From Amphiscolops sp. MND2022 (Eukaryota), in contig OZ076416.1 in assembly GCA_964187785.1 (NCBI GenBank), positions 62,868,001 to 62,932,000 on the forward strand: DNA of 64,000 bases, given 5' to 3'. The translations under genes and the position numbers were made by a program. This document shows, piece after piece, positions 35,770 through 48,715 of the stretch. Every line of letters starts with the position of its first letter. The first letter of the stretch is position 1. A model generated the notes under the pieces. That model searched no databases, was not told the origin of the DNA, and was given only the letters and a program-made list of their open reading frames with translations.

Positions 35770-36619
35770 CTAAAACATTATGATGTTTTCATAGCCCCTG
35801 CATAGCTTCCCTTCATGGCTGATCAAACCCATTCTTTTTTCATTCGAAAATTCACAATATCAGCAAAAAGTTTTCAAGTCACGTGAGAATATTCACTTGA
35901 GTATTTGCTTGCCACAAACTACGTTGGTAGTAGGCGAAGCTTTTAGTTATAGGAACGAAGGCTGCCCCAATTGACTCGACCCCGTGGTTTTCAGGAATTG
36001 ACTTAGGTATTTCTCACGTCAGCGGCTGAACTGTTTCAGGAAAATAGAAATAGGATTTATGAAAAAATATAAAAATAAAATCTTCCAGACACTACTCATT
36101 TTCTATTTGATCGTTTTGAGGCTTCCATTGAACGTGCTCTTGCCTTGCCTCTGGAAGTCTCTTCTGCTGAATTTGTTTTTTGCAAGTTGTTGGTCGTTTT
36201 GTTTGTATCCATTCAACAGATAAATTCAATTATTATTATTGCTTTATATTTACAAACATACATGCATGTGAGACGCCATTACCTGAGTGGCTGCTGGTTG
36301 TGACGAAGGCAGGCCCATCTGGAGCGTCGCGAATAACGAAGGCCGAGTCGTGCAACAAATTTTGGACGTCATTTTTTTAGGATACTTCCGTCCAGTGTAT
36401 TTCACCTGTTTCAGTGTTTGCATTTCAATCTTTGCCAAGATGCTAATCACTCATTGAATTCCCCCATTAAGTTTTGAGCCCCTGGTTATATTCAATTTCA
36501 TTTCATCTTACTCGAAAATAACTATTTTACGTGTACTATGATTGTGAATAGAAATACTTCGAGGAAATGTTGATTGAGGTTAGATAAGATGTGGCTAAAC
36601 GTTTCAAATCAACGGCCAG

Positions 36620-37560
36620 TGGTTACCATGATAATTACACTTGCGATGAGCGAGTTTTATGGGAAAGTGCCGGTGCTTTTTTCCGGGCGACAACTCTCTC
36701 GTTTCATCCCGCAAGTCGCATGGTTCAGGCGTTCGCGGTCTAGTGGTAAGATGCTTGCTTTTCAACCCAGAGGGTTCGTGTTCGAACCCCTGCGTATGCG
36801 CTAATTTTTTACAAGTCTTCCGAAGCAGAAGGTTTTCACTTTTTTTCAGCACTGTAAGACTCCCCCTTGTCGGCTTTGAGACTTTTCGAAAAATTTCAAT
36901 TTTCTTATCAGTTTGTTTGATATTTTGCAACATAACGAATGTTAAAAAATCCCAAAGGGTCCTTTTTTCAGATTTTTCGGCACTATAAGACTGTTAAAAC
37001 GTGTTTTTTTTGTTTTTTTTTTCGAATGTTTTTAAAGACTCCAAAGGGTCCCCCTTCGATTTTTTGAAAATTTGCAACAGAATGATTTCGGCACTTTTAC
37101 AGTTTTCGGCATTGTGAGATTTTTCAAAAGGAATAATTTTCGTCTTCAAATTAGGTTTTCTTAGGCCCAGCACACTATATCCTTGTTTTTTTTTAAAGAC
37201 CGGTGTTTTTTCTATGCGGCTTTTTTAAAATTGTTTTAATCGAAGCCCCCCCTTAAATTTTACTAGAAACGAAACGTTTTGCGAACATAAAGGACTTTTC
37301 AGGGTTTCGGGACTTTGTGGACTTACCAGAGACCTTCATAAAAAATTTTTCGAAAAATATCCTCATTTTTTTAAAGGTTTTGGTTGGGAATATGGGTTTT
37401 TTGCTGTTTCCAGCTGGGGAAAAATTATTCGAGCCTTATGCGTATCCCTTCGAGTATTTTTTGGCGCTGTGAAATTGATGAAATTTTAACAATATTGTTC
37501 TTTCACCCTTGGTTGTCCGTATGATATTGCTTATTTGGTTTTCTCCAAATAAACGGCGTC
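36620..37560 (+). repeat. Dispersed repeat family copy containing a tRNA-Glu-like segment
   Basis: Collinear by eye with 60920-61700 (TTACACTTGCGAT..., AAATTAGGTTTTCT.AGGCCCAGCAC..., CGTATGATATTGCTTATTTGG). Confidence 0.8.
36729..36800 (+). pseudogene. tRNA-Glu(TTC)-derived sequence
   Basis: CGGTCTAGTGGTAAGATGCTTGCTTTTCAACCCAGAGGGTTCGTGTTCGAACCC resembles the recalled tRNA-Glu-TTC, with A and B boxes; stems are imperfect. Confidence 0.6.
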
Positions 37561-37677
37561 GCCTCTGTGTGAAAGAAATGCAACTCTTATAACTTTTTTT
37601 GGATCTTTACACTGACAAGCAAAACTATCTGTATTCCTTACTAAGTGTGGTCCCTGCATATTTTGTCGGAATAATTA

Positions 37678-37790
37678 TTATAACGTAGTCAGCTATATTC
37701 ACATACCCCTAGTGCCCTAAATGTAGAAGCGAAGCATGCCTCAATGTTGCTACTTGGCGAAGGGAGCGAAGCGACCGAGCCATACAATAA
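37678..37790 (+). repeat. Dispersed repeat, inverted partner of 31635-31765
   Basis: Direct sequence comparison. Confidence 0.8.
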
Positions 37791-37924
37791 ATATGCTAAC
37801 CTCTTCAAATCAAGTTCCATACATATTGGCTGTAATAACACTAAAAGCTAGTAAATTGAATTGTGCTGTTTTGAATTACATGTAATGTTTGTTTTACGTT
37901 GGCTATTCTAAATTTGCTAGGGAC

Positions 37925-40274
37925 CAGTGTATTGTCGTGTAGAAAAATTATCCGGTATTCGATATCGTGTATTATCAAAAAAATTGCTCGTGTGCGGTAT
38001 CGTGTGTCAGAGGGCCCTTACGTGTAGCTTACGGTACTATCGTGTATTTTAGCCAAAACTGAGAAATCGAAAATTAAATTCAAAACTCAACCGGAAAATG
38101 ATATTTTAACATGTTTTTCAAGAGTATCGGGTTTAGTTTTGTTACGCCTGTTGCTTGTGCGCAGGCCACAAGTGTTGAATAATCGTTCCACTGAGGCTCC
38201 AGAAGCAGGACACGACAATGTCAAGCACATGTTTAAAACCTCTGTACTCGGTAAAAGTAGAGTTTTCACTCCAGAATTTTATTGGGTCAACACTTTGAGG
38301 TATTTCTGGCGTGTCAAGATAGCACTCAAACAATTTTTTCCAAGAATCCTTGTTGTTAGTTACTTCTATTGTTGTCTTTCTCAATGAAAAATCAGATAAC
38401 TTCAGAATTTTTGGTGAACTAGGACCAGGCGAGTCATGGCATTCAATGTTCATAACGTCACATTCTTTCACCTTCGCAATGAAATAAGATATAACCATTT
38501 GTCTACTCTTCGAATAATCAAATGTAAAATGTCTTGATGTATCGGTAATTGAATGCTCGGCAAAAGATAATTTAGTACTTGGATCCAAAATAGTTGCAAC
38601 GACATGTAAAGAAGTGATTTTCAGATAATCAAACCGTTTTCGAAGAGAGTTTAGTCTGATTCGAAATGCATTGATGGAAGCTATTGATGGGGATGATTGC
38701 AGCAAAGCATTTTGGAGCTGTTGAACAATTGGAACCATGTGAGGTAAAGTTGGCTTTTTGCTTGCTTGTAATATATCTGTAGCTTCTTGAAAAAGTCTCA
38801 GAAATAACAGAAGACCATTCAAAATGTTCAAGTCAGAGCATGTTGTGAGGTCGATGGCAATGATTGATTTACTACTTCGAAGTTTTTGACAACAGCTTCG
38901 ATCAAACGCATGTTGGAATTCCAGCGTGTAGTACTAGCTTGTGGAATGAAACAGGGCGTACTATAACGAAAACTACTAGATTTTTTGTGCAGCTGTGCAA
39001 TCGATGAGCATTTTGTAATTGCATTGCTTGCATTTGTGTAGCCACGCAGTTCCTTTAAACCATCTTTCACTACAAGTTGTAAGGTGTGGGCAGCACATCC
39101 AAGCCATTCATTTCCGTATTCAGAAAAGCCAGGAAGATCAATATATGAGTTCTCGACTATGAATTGGCATTCATCTAACGTCATTTCTTCTTCATCCGAT
39201 TCGCAATTCGAGGTTGAGGCGTAAAGTTCTTCCGAAAATGCAGCTTTCATATTCGCGGCATTATCTGTTATAACACGAAAAGGTTTAACATTGTATTTTT
39301 CAATTTGTTCAAGAAAACGTGCTCTAATAAGATTGGCTGTATGTGGTGGACGCAGTTCAACAAGAAAAAGAACCATGCATGAAAGTTCATTCCTTTCAAT
39401 AGAATGACAAGTGCTGCCCAAATAACTATTTCCATTTTGTGCTGTCCAGCCGTCTAATGTTACAGTAGGACGCGTATTGGTCTCTGAAAATAACCGTTTC
39501 AGTTTAGAGTCAACATCATTTGCGAATTTCGAAATGTGCTTCATTACAGTGCGGTAGGTTATTTGTGTGAATCGCGGCTGGGTTTCATTCATAAATTGCC
39601 GGAAAAAAGGTCGCTCAGTAATTGTGAGTGGCAAACCCCCTATCGCACAAAGATTTCTTGCAATTGATTCTTCAATAGATTTTTGCTTTTCAAATGGTTC
39701 CACTTCACATGAGAGTCCACCTTTTGGTGAGAATCGGATGATGGGATGACCCGCTAAAGTAGCTCTCATTCATGGACTCATATCTTCTTTCTTCTTCCAT
39801 GAGCTGTTTTTCGTGCTTCGCCTGATAATGTTTTCTTAAATTACCTTTGGAATCAGCGCTGTATAGAATTTCCTCTTGACAAATTCTACAAAGTGCACCT
39901 TTTCCTTTACAATAATTAATTGGAACACTAAACAGTTTTGTATAATCAACTTTCTTTAATGGCGGCATAGTAAAAATAACAATCAAGTCTTGTGTGTAAA
40001 TTCCGTGTTGTAATGTGAAATAGTAATGTGTGCAACGTTAGCAATAGTTAATAAATAAATGCAATAATAAAATACACTCGGACAATGTTAGTGAAAATGA
40101 ACTGAATTAAGTTATCCAAAACACATGTATTTGTCTTATTGAAATTTGATTGGTTCTCATTTGTCGTGTATCAATCGTATATTTAGAGCCGTGTATTCGT
40201 TCTTCGTGTAGCGGTATTTATCAAGTTTAATTCGTGTAGCGATAGCTACATCGTGTATCGTGTACAATACACTG
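37925..40274 (-). mobile_element. Full-length hAT DNA transposon (2350 bp)
   Basis: 11-bp TIR CAGTGTATTGT/ACAATACACTG; perfect 8-bp TSD CTAGGGAC (37917-37924 and 40275-40282); subterminal ATCGTGT repeats at both ends. Confidence 0.96.
38087..39968 (-). pseudogene. hAT transposase (BED finger, DDE core, dimerisation domain) split by about three frameshifts
   Basis: BED-like CRICQEE...GNLRKHYQAKH; TLDGWT; ITDNAANMKAA; GCAAHTLQL; TRWNS; ATILDP; DPIKFW; ASGASVERLFN across ORFs 39705-39986, 38828-39769, 38142-38831 and 38087-38269. Confidence 0.92.
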
Positions 40275-41194
40275 CTAGGGACCTTAGCAACACAACTGAA
40301 AACACTTAGTCAGGAGTTTTCAGGCCGGCTGCATACATTTTGTAGGGACCACACTTAATGAGGAGTAGCAAAGGATCTTTTGTTGTGGAAATTTGCAACA
40401 TGCATCAACAAGAAACTTTTACTTGAACTCCGAACCTTCTTGGCTGGTTTTCGATATTTCCTTGTTGATAATCCTTGTCCGGAACTCAATCTCACACTAT
40501 CCTATCGTAGTCATTATCTTTCATGTTTTAGATATGTTTAGCGACAGCGTTTGTGTTCTGTTGCAAATTAAGCATCAAATTGAAGAAGATATCACTGAAG
40601 AAAAGCGAATCATGAAATTTTACGTATTTATAAGCAACGTCGATGACAAAATCTTTCTACAGTCTAGTTTGGTACGGCGCTTACGAACACGCGCACAGAC
40701 TACAAAATCACAAATTCTGAGAAATGTGATTTTTTGAAATTGGACAGTTTGAAATGATGTTTTATGCGCCGGTCTCTTTTTTCAACATGAACTAATGCTC
40801 CCAGAAAAGTTCTTCATATAGAAACAACGGTTCTTGGAAAATGAGACTCTCATTATTCGCTTCATCTGACAAATGTCACAATTTGAATCTCAATCGGCTC
40901 TTCTCAATTGCATTTTCGAGAGTGCCTTTTTCAGTTACAGCGTCTTGTAAGTGCCTATATTGCAGTCTCTCTATTTACCATTCAGTATCATTGCAGTTCA
41001 TTTAAAATGGGAGTCCTCATTCTTGAGTATTTTTGCCAAGATATTTGTTACAATGTCAACAGACGACGATTTTGCCCAGAGCTGCTTTTCAAAAGGTATT
41101 CACACTCAGGGGTGGGGAAAATTGATTGTTCAGCAAAAATAAATTGTTATGCAAAAAATAATTAATTGCTATTGCAAAATAAAGCAATAAATTA

Positions 41195-41378
41195 CAGTGG
41201 ATCCCGATTATAGTGAACCTCTGGGAACCGCTCACCGCTGTTCACTATATCCGGGATTCACTATAAACGGGCTAAGCTCAATCCGGGCTACTAGTAAGCA
41301 AATAATCCGGACCGCGCTATGCGTTCACTATAACCAGGATTCTACTATAACCGAGTTCACTATAACCGGGATCCACTG
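41195..41378. mobile_element. 184-bp Tc1/mariner-pogo-like MITE
   Basis: TIRs CAGTGGATCCCGATTATAGTGAAC and GTTCACTATAACCGGGATCCACTG; left flank TA, right flank TT; internal TTCACTATA repeats. Confidence 0.85.
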
Positions 41379-41553
41379 TTTTGACATTTTTTTTACAATA
41401 ATTGCAACTAATTGCAATAATCAGTTTTCGTCCGAAGCGACTTGGCTCACTTGTTTTTTTTTTCAAAAAAAGCTGCATTCCAAATTAGGAGGTAAAAGTT
41501 TCTGGCTATAGTCGTCATTGAAAGCCTGCAGGCCTGCTTGGCTGAAAATCGCC

Positions 41554-44500
41554 GCTCGATGAGGTTTGAAGGTGGGGGGATGAGATAGAAATCAATGAGT
41601 GTCGCTGTCGCAATACGCACTTTGAAAAGCGTTGGTTGGTTTGTCGAGTTTCCTTCCGCCGCTCCTCAGCTGAGGAGGAGGAGCTGAAAATGGCTCGATG
41701 AGGTTTGAAGGTGGGGGGATGAGATAGAAATCAATGAGTGTCGCTGTCGCAATACGCACTTTGAAAAGCAGCGTTGGTTGGTTTGTCGAGTTTCCTTCCG
41801 CCGCTCCTCAGCTGAGGAGGAGGAGCTGAAAATGGCTCGATGAGGTTTGAAGGTGGGGGGATGAGATAGAAATCAATGAGTGTCGCTGTCGCAATACGCA
41901 CTTTGAAAAGCAGCGTTGGTTGGTTTGTCGAGTTTCCTTCCGCCGCTCCTCAGCTGAGGAGGAGGAGCTGAAAATGGCTCGATGAGGTTTGAAGGTGGGG
42001 GGATGAGATAGAAATCAATGAGTGTCGCTGTCGCAATACGCACTTTGAAAAGCAGCGTTGGTTGGTTTGTCGAGTTTCCTTCCGCTCAGCTGAGGAGGAG
42101 GAGCTGAAAATGGCTCGATGAGGTTTGAAGGTGGGGGGATGAGATAGAAATCAATGAGTGTCGCTGTCGCAATACGCACTTTGAAAAGCAGCGTTGGTTG
42201 GTTTGTCGAGTTTCCTTCCGCCGCTCCTCAGCTGAGGAGGAGGAGCTGAAAATGGCTCGATGAGGTTTGAAGGTGGGGGGATGAGATAGAAATCAATGAG
42301 TGTCGCTGTCGCAATACGCACTTTGAAAAGCAGCGTTGGTTGGTTTGTCGAGTTTCCTTCCGCCGCTCCTCAGCTGAGGAGGAGGAGCTGAAAATGGCTC
42401 GATGATGTTTGAAGGTGGGGGGATGAGATAGAAATCAATGAGTGTCGCTGTCGCAATACGCACTTTGAAAAGCAGCGTTGGTTGGTTTGTCGAGTTTCCT
42501 TCCGCCGCTCCTCAGCTGAGGAGGAGGAGCTGAAAATGGCTCGATGAGGTTTGAAGGTGGGGGGATGAGATAGAAATCAATGAGTGTCGCTGTCGCAATA
42601 CGCACTTTGAAAAGCAGCGTTGGTTGGTTTGTCGAGTTTCCTTCCGCCGCTCCTCAGCTGAGGAGGAGGAGCTGAAAATGGCTCGATGAGGTTTGAAGGT
42701 GGGGGGATGAGATAGAAATCAATGAGTGTCGCTGTCGCAATACGCACTTTGAAAAGCAGCGTTGGTTGGTTTGTCGAGTTTCCTTCCGCCGCTCCTCAGC
42801 TGAGGAGGAGGAGCTGAAAATGGCTCGATGATGTTTGAAGGTGGGGGGATGAGATAGAAATCAATGAGTGTCGCTGTCGCAATACGCACTTTGAAAAGCA
42901 GCGTTGGTTGGTTTGTCGAGTTTCCTTCCGCCGCTCCTCAGCTGAGGAGGAGGAGCTGAAAATGGCTCGATGAGGTTTGAAGGTGGGGGGATGAGATAGA
43001 AATCAATGAGTGTCGCTGTCGCAATACGCACTTTGAAAAGCAGCGTTGGTTGGTTTGTCGAGTTTCCTTCCGCCGCTCCTCAGCTGAGGAGGAGGAGCTG
43101 AAAATGGCTCGATGAGGTTTGAAGGTGGGGGGATGAGATAGAAATCAATGAGTGTCGCTGTCGCAATACGCACTTTGAAAAGCAGCGTTGGTTGGTTTGT
43201 CGAGTTTCCTTCCGCCGCTCCTCAGCTGAGGAGGAGGAGCTGAAAATGGCTCGATGAGGTTTGAAGGTGGGGGGATGAGATAGAAATCAATGAGTGTCGC
43301 TGTCGCAATACGCACTTTGAAAAGCAGCGTTGGTTGGTTTGTCGAGTTTCCTTCCGCTCAGCTGAGGAGGAGGAGGAGCTGAAAATGGCTCGATGAGGTT
43401 TGAAGGTGGGGGGATGAGATAGAAATCAATGAGTGTCGCTGTCGCAATACGCACTTTGAAAAGCAGCGTTGGTTGGTTTGTCGAGTTTCCTTCCGCCGCT
43501 CCTCAGCTGAGGAGGAGGAGCTGAAAATGGCTCGATGAGGTTTGAAGGTGGGGGGATGAGATAGAAATCAATGAGTGTCGCTGTCGCAATACGCACTTTG
43601 AAAAGCAGCGTTGGTTGGTTTGTCGAGTTTCCTTCCGCCGCTCCTCAGCTGAGGAGGAGGAGCTGAAAATGGCTCGATGATGTTTGAAGGTGGGGGGATG
43701 AGATAGAAATCAATGAGTGTCGCTGTCGCAATACGCACTTTGAAAAGCAGCGTTGGTTGGTTTGTCGAGTTTCCTTCCGCCGCTCCTCAGCTGAGGAGGA
43801 GGAGCTGAAAATGGCTCGATGAGGTTTGAAGGTGGGGGGATGAGATAGAAATCAATGAGTGTCGCTGTTGCAATACGCACTTTGAAAAGCAGCGTTGGTT
43901 GGTTTGTCGAGTTTCCTTCCGCCGCTCCTCAGCTGAGGAGGAGGAGGAGCTGAAAATGGCTCGATGAGGTTTGAAGGTGGGGGGATGAGATAGAAATCAA
44001 TGAGTGTCGCTGTCGCAATACGCACTTTGAAAAGCAGCGTTGGTTGGTTTGTCGAGTTTCCTTCCGCCGCTCCTCAGCTGAGGAGGAGGAGCTGAAAATG
44101 GCTCGATGATGTTTGAAGGTGGGGGGATGAGATAGAAATCAATGAGTGTCGCTGTCGCAATACGCACTTTGAAAAGCAGCGTTGGTTGGTTTGTCGAGTT
44201 TCCTTCCGCCGCTCCTCAGCTGAGGAGGAGGAGCTGAAAATGGCTCGATGAGGTTTGAAGGTGGGGGGATGAGATAGAAATCAATGAGTGTCGCTGTCGC
44301 AATACGCACTTTGAAAAGCAGCGTTGGTTGGTTTGTCGAGTTTCCTTCCGCCGCTCCTCAGCTGAGGAGGAGGAGCTGAAAATGGCTCGATGAGGTTTGA
44401 AGGTGGGGGGATGAGATAGAAATCAATGAGTGTCGCTGTCGCAATACGCACTTTGAAAAGCAGCGTTGGTTGGTTTGTCGAGTTTCCTTCCGCCGCTCCT

Positions 44501-45056
44501 CAGCTGAGGAGGAGGAGCTGAAAATGGCTCGATGAGGTTTGAAGGTGGGGGGATGAGATAGAAATCAATGAGTGTCGCTGTCGCAATACGCACTTTGAAA
44601 AGCAGCGTTGGTTTGTCGAGTTTCCTTCCGCTCAGCTGAGGAGGAGGAGCTGAAAATGGCTCGATGAGGTTTGAAGGTGGGGGGATGAGATAGAAATCAA
44701 TGAGTGTCGCTGTCGCAATACGCACTTTGAAAAGCAGCGTTGGTTTGTCGAGTTTCCTTCCGCTCAGCTGAGGAGGAGGAGCTGAAAATGGCTCGATGAG
44801 GTTTGAAGGTGGGGGGATGAGATAGAAATCAATGAGTGTCGCTGTCGCAATACGCACTTTGAAAAGCAGCGTTGGTTTGTCGAGTTTCCTTCCGCTCAGC
44901 TGAGGAGGAGGAGCTGAAAATGGCTCGATGAGGTTTGAAGGTGGGGGGATGAGATAGAAGTCAATGAGTGTCGCTGTCGCAATACGCACTTTGAAAAGCA
45001 GCGTTGGTTGGTTTGTCGTCGAGTTTCCTTCCGCCGCTCCTCAGCTGAGGAGGAGG
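41554..45056 (+). repeat. Minisatellite array, 25 units, consensus 142 bp (variants 132-145 bp)
   Basis: GCTCGATG unit starts counted from 41554 to 44923. Full-length units contain the perfect palindrome CTCCTCAGCTGAGGAG; variant units keep a shortened core. Confidence 0.98.
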
Positions 45057-45080
45057 AGGAGGAGGAGGAGGAGGAGGAGG
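45047..45080 (+). repeat. (GAG)11 expansion terminating the array
   Basis: Read directly; it expands the GAG run present in each unit. Confidence 0.95.
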
Positions 45081-47684
45081 TTTAGCCGTCTCAAACAATT
45101 GCTGCAATTAATTGCTTCCCGCCGGAAAATATAATATTAAATTGCTCTGCTCTTAAGCCCAATCAATTAATTGGTTAAAATTTACAATATTAATTTGCAT
45201 ACAATTAATTTTCCCCACCTTTGTTTACGCTTTCACAAACAAGTATAGATCTTTTCTGTTGACAACCCCCCCCCCACAGTAAGCGCGGAAACTTTAATTC
45301 TCTACCAGTGGTAGACTACCACTAACAGCGATGAATTTCTGTTGCAGTTAGAATTATAAAATACTGTGATTTGATTGATTGTTACTGTTACTTCAATGAT
45401 GATTTCACTTAACCGCTTAACTGGGGGATTAAATCGGTGGGGGGGGGGGATGACCGAAAGGATCCACAAGTAGCAACCAAGCAATTATTTGAATGGCCCT
45501 CACATCTGAACAAGCAAGTGATTGGCCAATCGCTTGGGGGGGGGGGGGTCATCTTCCGTTTCTCGGATATGGTCTTCTGAACTTCATCAACCATGGCTAC
45601 TTTCCTGAAGACTACGATGGCTCGTTTCATCAAGAGATGGTAATTTATCAGGGGCTTTAAAAATTGATTGGGAAACGATTAATTGCAATTATCTCGGCTT
45701 TTTGGGCTTCAATTATTTTGATAATTGCGAATAATTTTTCTGAGAAATGAAAGTGGATTTTCACTTTCCTGAGAAATGTTGCATTTAATATTTCTGAGAA
45801 ATGAGATGTTAGATATCGCTTGTTATCTTATTTCTCAGAAATATCAAATCTCGATCGCTTTCTAGCTTTCAAGTTCGAATTGCCATGACACCTGATAAAA
45901 ACAAAGCTTTATGCGCAATATAGTCCAAACAAGGCCAGAAAATGGCATTGTGTCAAGGAGTTGCACACTGAGGAACTAATAGGAACTGTTTTCAGCTAAT
46001 TTCGATATTCAGTTTTATTTTCTATTTTTCTGTTTTTTCTATGTCAGTTTTATTTCGAAATTCGAGCCAATCCGTAACGCAGAAATCGCGAAACTGTTTC
46101 GATTGGTTCGACTGAGTATGTTCGGATCTACCTCCCTTCAGTTTTTGCTTTTTTCGTCCTCTGGTCAAACATCATTCAATCGCCTGAAATCGGTTCATGT
46201 CATCTATCAACCCCCCCCCCCCCCCCAGCAGCCACAGGGAGAAATAAGACACAAAGTTCAAATACCATTATGTCGTTATCGTTTGCGTTGAAATTTTGGT
46301 CCACTAAAATAATTTGATGTCGACATAATCCTATCAATTACATTGACTGTCAGTTAAAAGTTGCTCATTCGATTTTATAGCGGACAAAATTTGCGCTGAA
46401 ATAGGGGCCTTTTTATACGATTTTAGTTTGTTCCAAACGTGATTTTCTGCTATTTTGGACAATAAAGTCAAAAAACTATGGTCTGTTCTTCCTAAGTGTC
46501 CAAAAAGTTGTAGAGACAATCGTCCAAGTATATACATTCATACATATAATATTCTCTTGTTAGTGAAATCTTTTTATTCAGGAACAAAATGTGCTTTCGT
46601 GTTGGGGGGGGGAATTCCCAACAAGGTGTACCTGGGGGAGAATACACGCAATTTTTTTATAAGAACAGTGGCTAGAGATCGAGACTCAACTGTTCTTAAA
46701 TTTTTGACAATTTGAGCCTCAAATGTTTAAAATGTTGTTGTTTTGAGTTCATTGCCTGTATAACGGCAAGTGAGGAGAATACATGTTTTACACGTGGGTA
46801 AAATTGCTTACTTCTCCGGGTTGACCCTCCATGGATATCTTAGTAAGATCTTGCCAAGATATTGGCAAGAATTGCAAGATGTCATGGTAAGATCTTATCA
46901 AGAGAGCCATGTTTCCAAGAAAACTTGTTGGTTGTAAAATCCTATTTGGAAAGAAAAAATCTGAAAGGAAGTCAACAAAAATCAACATTTCTGCAGATTT
47001 ATATTGTTAGACATTAAATTTTCTGTTAGCAATGTATAAAATTTGGTTGAAGAGATATTTATTTAGGAAGGCTGGTTAAATCGTTCTTTCAATTGCAAAA
47101 CTGTCGCCAACAACGGCGTCAGAAAAGTCTTGAGCTGAATCATTGCCCAAATTAGTGCAATGACCGCCGTGTCTAGCAGTAATAAGTTAGCATCTTAGTT
47201 AGATTCGCATGTATCTCAGAGCCCCTTTTGGGGAAGACATTAGTAATATAATCCGGTTAATTTGTATTTCTCCTCATTCGTACTATTTTATTGGGTCCCT
47301 GGCGATACGAATTAGGCGGCTTCAAAGATAATGCAAATCAAATGCCACCCCCCGTGTTAAATTTAGCAAAGAAATCGGCGGTCCACTTAAGCCTCGGAAT
47401 ATGAAGGTGAAAACATTAATAACGGGAGGAACCCACTACCATGTGTATAAGAGGCTACTTCACCTTGTGAATATAATTGTAGGATGTCGCGTTCGTGCTC
47501 TGATGACTACTAGATAACTTGTGCTGCAACTACAGTACTGTGATTAATAGGGCAACCAATTTTTTGCCCTTAAAAACGCAATATTCGCCATTCATTTTTT
47601 AACCCCAAAAGTCCAACTTTTGACCTTTATTTGCCCCTAAAAATTTCTCGCTAAAAACATTTCTCGATAAATTTCGTTTATTTC

Positions 47685-48715
47685 TCAAATCGATAAGTTG
47701 CAAAATAAGCATATGTAATATTCAATGTTTTCTGGACAAAAGTCTCGATCTTTTCGAAGAAGTTTATTTAGTTTACTGAAACTGCGTTCAATGTCAGCCG
47801 AGGTTCCGATGGAACTTCGTAATTTCGAAACCTCGCTTGGCGTCAAAACTGGATTTATGTCTTCCAAAATGCTTTGCAAATCGTAACTTCGCGCCAAGCG
47901 GTTCTTCGTGTTTTGGCGAATAGGGTCATCCTCGTCCAACTCGAATGCAAATTGGTTTACAATATTGTAGCATTGTTCAAGAGTTGCGGATTCATTTTCC
48001 AATATATTTTTAATTTTCTCAGGCAGGGTAAAATATCTGTTTATTTCAATGAGTTCCTGGTGCAAATCCACGTTGAGAATAGCAATTTTTGCGTTTTGCA
48101 CCAACTGGCCGCAATTGTTCCTCTAAAAACTGATTTCACCGAGCCCTGTTCTTTACGGTGGCCCCCTTCACGGCTGCGATTAGTTCATCGACAGCCGCGT
48201 ATTTGGCACGAATGCAGGTGTGCCAAGCATGTCGTGTGCTGCACTTTAGGGTGAAAAATTTCAAGTCCTCTCCTGCTTTTTTGCACATGACGAAGTCAAT
48301 GTGCATTGCAGTCCAGCTAAGTAAGTTTTTTTCCACTATAGTCAACTTCATAATGAGCGTCTTTTAGAAAAAAGCCAAAACCCCAGAGAGATTCGAACCT
48401 GCAGCCTCCCGATTGCAGGGCATAAGTGTTGCCCACTGTGCCATAGGGACGTTATTGAACAAAGTTGAACTGTTGAATATATACGCATGCGATTAAAATA
48501 ATATATATACGCATATTAAAATAATCGATGTCTTCGTCATGTGTTGCGAAGCACCGCTTCGCCTCTGTGTTCATGTAGGGTGCCGCGTCTGTCATAAAAT
48601 GTAAAAAATAGCCCCGTTCAATCCCCCGTTGTTTCAGAGACTCGTAGAATAAAACTTGTAGCATAAAACTTTCCAAAAAACTGGAAAAACGGAAAAACGT
48701 CCCAAATTTGCTCAA
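47685..48715 (-). pseudogene. hAT-like transposase remnant
   Basis: FMTDAAPYM; HTCIRAKYAAVDELIAAVKG..VKNR; C-terminal TSADIERSFSKLNKLLRKDRDF..ENI. Confidence 0.7.
48381..48450 (-). pseudogene. tRNA-derived (SINE-head-like) sequence interrupting the transposase remnant
   Basis: Minus strand GTCCCTATGGCACAGTGGGCAAC...CTGCAAT...GCAGGTTCGAATCTC with A and B boxes; stems decayed. Confidence 0.6.

Larger units (their letters stand above)
41107..45223. mobile_element. hAT-like non-autonomous element carrying a minisatellite array
   Basis: TIRs CAGGGGTGGGGAAAATTGATTG and CAATTAATTTTCCCCACCTTTG; flanks TTCACACT and TTTACGCT (6/8 match, both differences are transitions), consistent with a decayed 8-bp TSD. 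Confidence 0.7.

Noticed and set aside
36070-36420. Possible two-exon minus-strand gene fragment (VKYTGRKYPKK...)
   Set aside because: Plausible AG/GT sites but no recognisable domain, and the segment lies among TE fragments.
31635-37790. One 6-kb element bounded by the inverted copies at 31635-31765 and 37678-37790
   Set aside because: The left copy is nested inside a MITE, no TSD is seen, and the interior is unrelated debris, so these are two dispersed copies.
44423-44989. 188-aa ORF with a 44-aa repeat
   Set aside because: By-product of three 132-bp (multiple of three) satellite variants; the 142-bp units break the frame.
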